DNA from: Okeania sp.
GTDB taxonomy: Bacteria > Cyanobacteriota > Cyanobacteriia > Cyanobacteriales > Microcoleaceae
Length of the DNA: 8,168 nucleotides
Reading direction: 5' to 3'
Assembly: GCF_035285525.1 (NCBI RefSeq)
Contig: NZ_JAYKGW010000192.1
Coordinates: 1-8,168 of the forward strand
Shown here one piece after another: positions 6,674 to 8,168 of this stretch; position 1 is the stretch's first letter, and every line of letters begins with the position of its first letter. The position numbers and the translations under genes were made by a program. The notes under the pieces were generated by a model. That model saw nothing but the letters and a program-made list of their open reading frames with translations. It searched no databases and was not told the origin of the DNA.

Positions 6674-6798
6674 TCACTCTTTTATCACATAGATAGATGG
6701 AAGTGTAAAACTATTAGAAAAATCCTTAGTCACCTTCTTGAAAATTGCCAGTTAAAGTTTTTAATTTTAGTAAGAAATATTGATGTTTATTTCTTGCT
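6674..6798 (-). repeat. Array unit 2 (125 bp) containing a pseudo-start and hairpin H3
   Basis: 123/125 identical to unit 1 at a 203-bp offset. Hairpin H3 is at 6769..6798. Confidence 0.8.
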
Positions 6799-6807
6799 GT
6801 TCCTTTT

Positions 6808-6928
6808 TCTCTCTTTTATCGGATAGATGGAAGTGTAAAACTATCAGAAAAATCCTTAGTCACCTTCCTGAAAATTGCCAGTTAAAATTTTTAAGTTGAG
6901 CAGTAAATATTAATGTTTATTTCTTGCT
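6808..6928 (-). repeat. Array unit 3 containing a pseudo-start and hairpin H4
   Basis: The 102-bp core (6827..6928) has about 8 mismatches to unit 1. The pseudo-ORF reads MTKDFSDSFTLPSIR*. Hairpin H4: AGCAGTAAATA-ttaatgtt-TATTTCTTGCT (6899..6928). Confidence 0.75.
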
Positions 6929-6933
6929 GTTCC

Positions 6934-6989
6934 CTATTTCCTGTTCTCTGTTCTCTGTTCTCTGTTCTCTATTCTCTATTTCCTCTTTT
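6934..6989. repeat. Tandem heptanucleotide tract (STRR-like), 8 units of CT(G/A/C)TT(C/T)(T/C), including CTGTTCT x4
   Basis: Read directly: ctatttc ctgttct ctgttct ctgttct ctgttct ctattct ctatttc ctctttt. Confidence 0.8.
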
Positions 6990-6999
6990 ATCATAGTTG

Positions 7000-7029
7000 A
7001 GCAGAAAATATTAATGTTTACTTTTTACT
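7000..7029. repeat. Degenerate hairpin module H5, abutting and overlapping the kinase stop codon
   Basis: AGCAGAAAATA-ttaatgtt-TACTTTTTACT keeps the same loop and left arm as H0. The right arm has diverged. Confidence 0.5.
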
Positions 7030-8149
7030 ATTCCCTGTTCCCTGTTCCCTCTTTCATAATAGGAAAATAAAGATAAAAAGTTGTACCTTTCCCTACAGTT
7101 GATTCAAAATAAATTTCTCCATTATGAGCATCAACAATTGTTTTGACAATAGCAGTACCTAATCCTATACCACCCTGCTTATCACTTACAAAAGCATCAA
7201 ATAAATTCTCTTTAATTTCTTCAGGAATACCACAACCATTATCCGAAAATGTAATTTCAACCCATTCATCTTTTCTCTTAACTTTAATTTCTATCCTACC
7301 TTGATTTTGATGGAAAGCTTCTATAGCATTAGCTAATAAATTTTGTAATACCCGATTAATTTTATTTTCATCAGCATATATGACTAAATCCTCTTCAACA
7401 GAAATTATCAATTTCACAGAAGTAGAATCAACATAAACTTGGTTGATTTTTTTAAAGCTTTGTAATAACTTTTCTATATTAACTGGTTGACAGTATAATT
7501 TTGTATCTCCCTTAGAAAAAGCCAGTACCTCTTCCGCCATATTTAACATTCGTTGAACTTGAATAGAAATTAGATTGCACCACTCTTGACTTTCTGGATC
7601 TGGATGAAGTTCTTTTAAGATAGAACTTGATAATTGAATACCAGTAAAAGGGCTTTTAAAATCGTGAATAATAGTGTTAACCATCTCTCCAATGAAAGTC
7701 ATTTTTTCTTTATAAGCTAATTGATTAACATATTCCGTCGTCATAGAACGAAGTCTGTCAGGCAAAACACTTAATATTTTTAAAACAATATCCCCTTTTG
7801 TTTCAGCTAATATATCCATTATTTGGTCATAATAAATTTTAGCTATAGTTGTTTCTTTAAAAGTAATTACTCTAGCAATTCTTGGTTGTCTATCTACAAT
7901 TCCTAATTCGCCAAAATAATCATTTGATTCAAAAGATGTAATCACAACATAATTTTTATCTCTCCCACTTTTTTTCCTAACTTGAATTTGAACTTCACCT
8001 TCCAAAATTAAAAATAAGGCATCTGAATCACCACCTTGTTCAATAATAATCTCCTGGGAATTAAATTTTTCAATAATAGCAATCTGACAAATTTGTTGAG
8101 CTTGTTCCGGTTCAAAATAACGAATAAACTTATGTTCTTCTAGTTTCAT
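7028..8149 (-). CDS. Sensor histidine kinase with an N-terminal cyclic-nucleotide-binding (CAP/Crp effector-type) domain
   Basis: cNMP-binding signature: LFLILEGEV...YFGELGIVDRQPRIARVIT. H-box: IIHDFKSPFTGI. N-box: VLQNLLANAIEA. G1: FSDNGCGIPEE. G2: GGIGLGTAIVKTIV. ATG at 8147..8149 and TAG at 7028..7030. No transmembrane segment is evident, so the protein is probably soluble. Confidence 0.9.
   Translation of the reverse strand: MKLEEHKFIRYFEPEQAQQICQIAIIEKFNSQEIIIEQGGDSDALFLILEGEVQIQVRKKSGRDKNYVVITSFESNDYFGELGIVDRQPRIARVITFKETTIAKIYYDQIMDILAETKGDIVLKILSVLPDRLRSMTTEYVNQLAYKEKMTFIGEMVNTIIHDFKSPFTGIQLSSSILKELHPDPESQEWCNLISIQVQRMLNMAEEVLAFSKGDTKLYCQPVNIEKLLQSFKKINQVYVDSTSVKLIISVEEDLVIYADENKINRVLQNLLANAIEAFHQNQGRIEIKVKRKDEWVEITFSDNGCGIPEEIKENLFDAFVSDKQGGIGLGTAIVKTIVDAHNGEIYFESTVGKGTTFYLYFPIMKEGTGNRE
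7031..7051. repeat. Three tandem heptamers TTCCCTG TTCCCTG TTCCCTC encoding the kinase C-terminal tail
   Basis: The minus strand reads GAGGGAA CAGGGAA CAGGGAA TAG, which translates as ...EGTGNRE*. Confidence 0.8.
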
Positions 8150-8168
8150 TGGATAGTAGATTATGGTG

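Noticed and set aside
6494-6928. Calling the 15-19-codon GTG pseudo-starts (MTKDFSNSFTLPSIY...) as real CDSs
   Set aside because: They are most simply duplicated fragments of the helicase 5' end. They have no clear SD apart from a GAAGG overlapping the GTG. Their post-duplication tails differ and end at the first stop encountered. They are retained only as a hypothesis within the array finding.
6430-7029. CRISPR-array interpretation of the six 30-bp palindromic repeats
   Set aside because: The spacing is irregular (about 68-135 bp). The intervening 'spacers' are themselves repeated nearly identically. The repeat copies are degenerate, and no cas genes are present. This is a tandem segmental repeat, not a CRISPR.
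1-8168. tRNA, rRNA, tmRNA, RNase P, group I/II intron, riboswitch and transposase/IS signatures
   Set aside because: I scanned by eye for T-loop GGTTCGAATCC-like boxes, group II domain V-like sequences, and long terminal inverted repeats flanking an ORF. None was found. This visual scan has low sensitivity and should be repeated with Rfam/cmscan and ISfinder.

Overview
AT-rich window, by eye roughly one-third G+C. It is almost certainly cyanobacterial. It holds four exact copies of the HIP1 palindrome GCGATCGC, several tandem heptanucleotide (STRR-like) tracts, and hairpin repeats of the 'GTAGGGTG(C/T)GTTA...TAAC' and 'GTTGGGTTTCG...' families. Together these suggest a low-GC filamentous cyanobacterium; the species cannot be determined. 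All supportable genes are on the minus strand. (1) A 450-codon open frame runs off the left edge (1..1351); it is absent from the supplied ORF track and I translated it by hand. It encodes a protein of unknown function with a Q/E-rich coiled-coil N-terminal region. (2) A retropepsin-like (DTGA) aspartic protease gene is interrupted by one in-frame TAA, which the track shows as two 66/68-aa ORFs. (3) An 802-aa SF1 UvrD/Rep/PcrA-type helicase. (4) A 373-aa sensor histidine kinase with an N-terminal cyclic-nucleotide-binding domain. Coding density from my coordinates is low for a bacterium: about 65%, or about 60% without the pseudogene. The spacers are unusually long and repeat-dense. I recognise no rRNA, tRNA, CRISPR array, transposase or known defence or secretion genes. 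The most unusual structure is the 630-bp kinase-helicase spacer. It is a tandem array that repeats the helicase translation-start region (start codon plus about 11 codons and about 65 nt of leader) three extra times. It also carries six copies of a palindrome with an 11-bp stem and a conserved 8-nt loop, plus heptamer tracts. A second point of interest is a 1.6-kb stretch with no track ORF (1352..2956) containing several stem-loops and a terminator-like element. I cannot show from sequence alone that either is a functional system, so they are offered as candidates with explicit tests.
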